Of a stretch of 57,673 nt of DNA, positions 57,201-57,673 are shown one piece after another. Numbering within the stretch: position 1 is the stretch's first letter; the number at the start of each line of letters is the position of its first letter. Origin of the DNA: an uncultured Armatimonadia bacterium (GTDB lineage Bacteria; Armatimonadota; Zipacnadia; Zipacnadales; UBA5352); contig CAZAHB010000005.1 of assembly GCA_964484945.1 (NCBI GenBank), positions 1-57,673 of the forward strand. The letters run 5' to 3'. The position numbers and the translations under genes are program-made. The notes under the pieces were generated by a model. That model saw only the letters and a program-made list of their open reading frames with translations, was not told the DNA's origin and made no database searches.

Positions 57201-57673
57201 TCGAAATCCGTGAAGAGCGCCGGATGGGTTGAACTCGAGAGTGTCGCGTGTCGCGGGTGAACCTCGTGTTCGGTGCGCACGGCAAGGTGATGGAGGGGCG
57301 CCGGATCGCGCGGAATCTGCTCGTGCTCGTAATAGACCTTGATGCGCGAGATGATCAGGCCGTTGTCACGGGCCCAGATCGCCACGCGGCCACCGTCCAG
57401 CGGCTCCGGATCGGTCGCCTCGGCCACCAGCGTGTCGTCGACCCAGAATCGCAGCGTGTCACCGGATTTGCGCACACGCAGCATCCACCACTTCCGATGG
57501 AACTCATACGTGGATGGGTAGCCGTCCTCGAAGATGGGCAGCAGAGCCTCCGGGTCGCGATTCTCGGTGAGGATCTCGTTGCCCTTCATGATGCGGGTCG
57601 AGCTGTTGAGTTCGCCACCGTAGATGAACGAGTACCCGCTGGAGAGGTTCGCGCCATCCCCGCAGATGGTAAT
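54224..57673 (-). CDS. large repetitive extracellular protein (CBM-like jelly-roll plus Ig-like modules), 5' end outside the window
   Basis: Frame open to the window edge; three ~377-aa modules starting LFTDFETDLGG, IANDFEHETGEW, LTQTFESGLDGW, each with F.Y(R) and ADxxWH motifs. Confidence 0.85.
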   Translation of the reverse strand: MTICGDGANLSSGYSFIYGGELNSSTRIMKGNEILTENRDPEALLPIFEDGYPSTYEFHRKWWMLRVRKSGDTLRFWVDDTLVAEATDPEPLDGGRVAIWARDNGLIISRIKVYYEHEQIPRDPAPLHHLAVRTEHEVHPRHATLSSSTHPALFTDFETDLGGVSTRDGDQGATVTLATPGADGSGHCAKLINTYAGGSFAANLSEGRFDLRELPKLTFDYRLDPEARVNLHLTIDDEPCEVIFSGLEKAAGGRTLLGRIADVEADGNWHHAEFDLLGHAERALGSDAKLIASDLFIGNMSSEDYLDAGFGGNHAGVTVCMDNLGLVKPAGGDLQVAAKAASGVNADGWAINFNRSPVWKPPAEVTSEDGSATFTVEEDGVWWVHAAPKLADGTWGEVEHMPVRRDTAAPRVERIEPEGGQLAEGPVRIHLSDGDGIGVDPASVKLAVGERELTVADDAVSFDPGHEVLALDVGQLEQTFPSGGTLQVKLLALADRNQNSLAAQSWAFRVGPDVDQAAPPAPKIVVGDVPVIANDFEHETGEWSNWGAEGGAVVSLDPTTAATGDQSLKLFNPINGGSFGAYIRKTAFDAGRYRIVRFAYRIPERLRADLMVHVNGARKSIRFTDTDSSYERIGEIPDVQADNRWHTAEFNLYEMLRRDNPRAPGYKVLQMWIADSGWTSNAPGQSYHIDDFELVPICSGATPLRIAWDVDDITGIGGVNWAINESPSTELPEKLATTDSDTAYSEKGEVDGWLHVRARDSAGHWSETAHRRLLIDSSSPTAAQAAPADGAKTATSQVVLELQDEGLAGIDPSSVVLGVGGKDYSVSNGGLTYLSDRGRLVWNCENTSPKPTVFDDGATVDVQLKAAGDYAGNPVGELPSWSWTMDYASDKQPPQIAEIDCSTHRSHLTQTFESGLDGWSNRGGGEGAKVERDTSTAASGEASVKLTQQQDGGHMQALVTSRGFAADRFPVIAFDYRFDPGVKLDLLVHMRGRWWAIGMTDRGDGTIGRVPGVRADGKWHHASVNIAPLLKRHQRRGSLDVTAVIVGDRNKRDNKKGATANFDNVMIGSVGTVKPVFRWKATDTTGIAGYSYTLDQEPATVPGAKVVGESAAKTFEGLETGLWFLHVRAIDGAGNWGPASHYTIMHSAG

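Overview
GC-rich bacterial chromosomal window, most likely Armatimonadota (inferred from the DUF1559 'prepilin-type/H-X9-DG' protein). I found no CRISPR array, RNA gene or mobile element. Three themes. (1) Dispersed plant-polysaccharide degradation genes: a giant exo-rhamnogalacturonan-lyase-like protein, PL10 lyase, GH31, GH106-like hydrolase, DUF4838 protein, sulfatase and its anSME maturase. (2) A surface-glycan locus: two Wza/SLBB exporters, a kinase-dead Wzc-like protein, two GT4s, a GT39-like enzyme, a Trm112-methyltransferase and three AlkP-superfamily paralogs, one frameshifted and one lacking its active site. (3) The main find, a translationally coupled five-gene operon at 7312-12878 (minus strand). 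It encodes a Zn-ribbon membrane protein, an intact RRE/PqqD-like radical SAM-SPASM enzyme, a paralog whose CxxxCxxC segment is deleted, a DUF2207/TIGR04222-like membrane protein ending in a Gly/Ser linker plus CACACAGCACACACAGGGR, and a SAM methyltransferase. This looks like a RiPP-type modification system whose 'precursor peptide' is the tail of an integral membrane protein. Other oddities are a divergent stand-alone RtcB-like protein, an ACT-less aspartokinase with a D-to-N change, a truncated MCP behind a near-consensus promoter, a probably leaderless wza transcript, and micro-repeats or G-tracts right after stop codons. Family assignments come from motif recognition by eye; no database searches were run.
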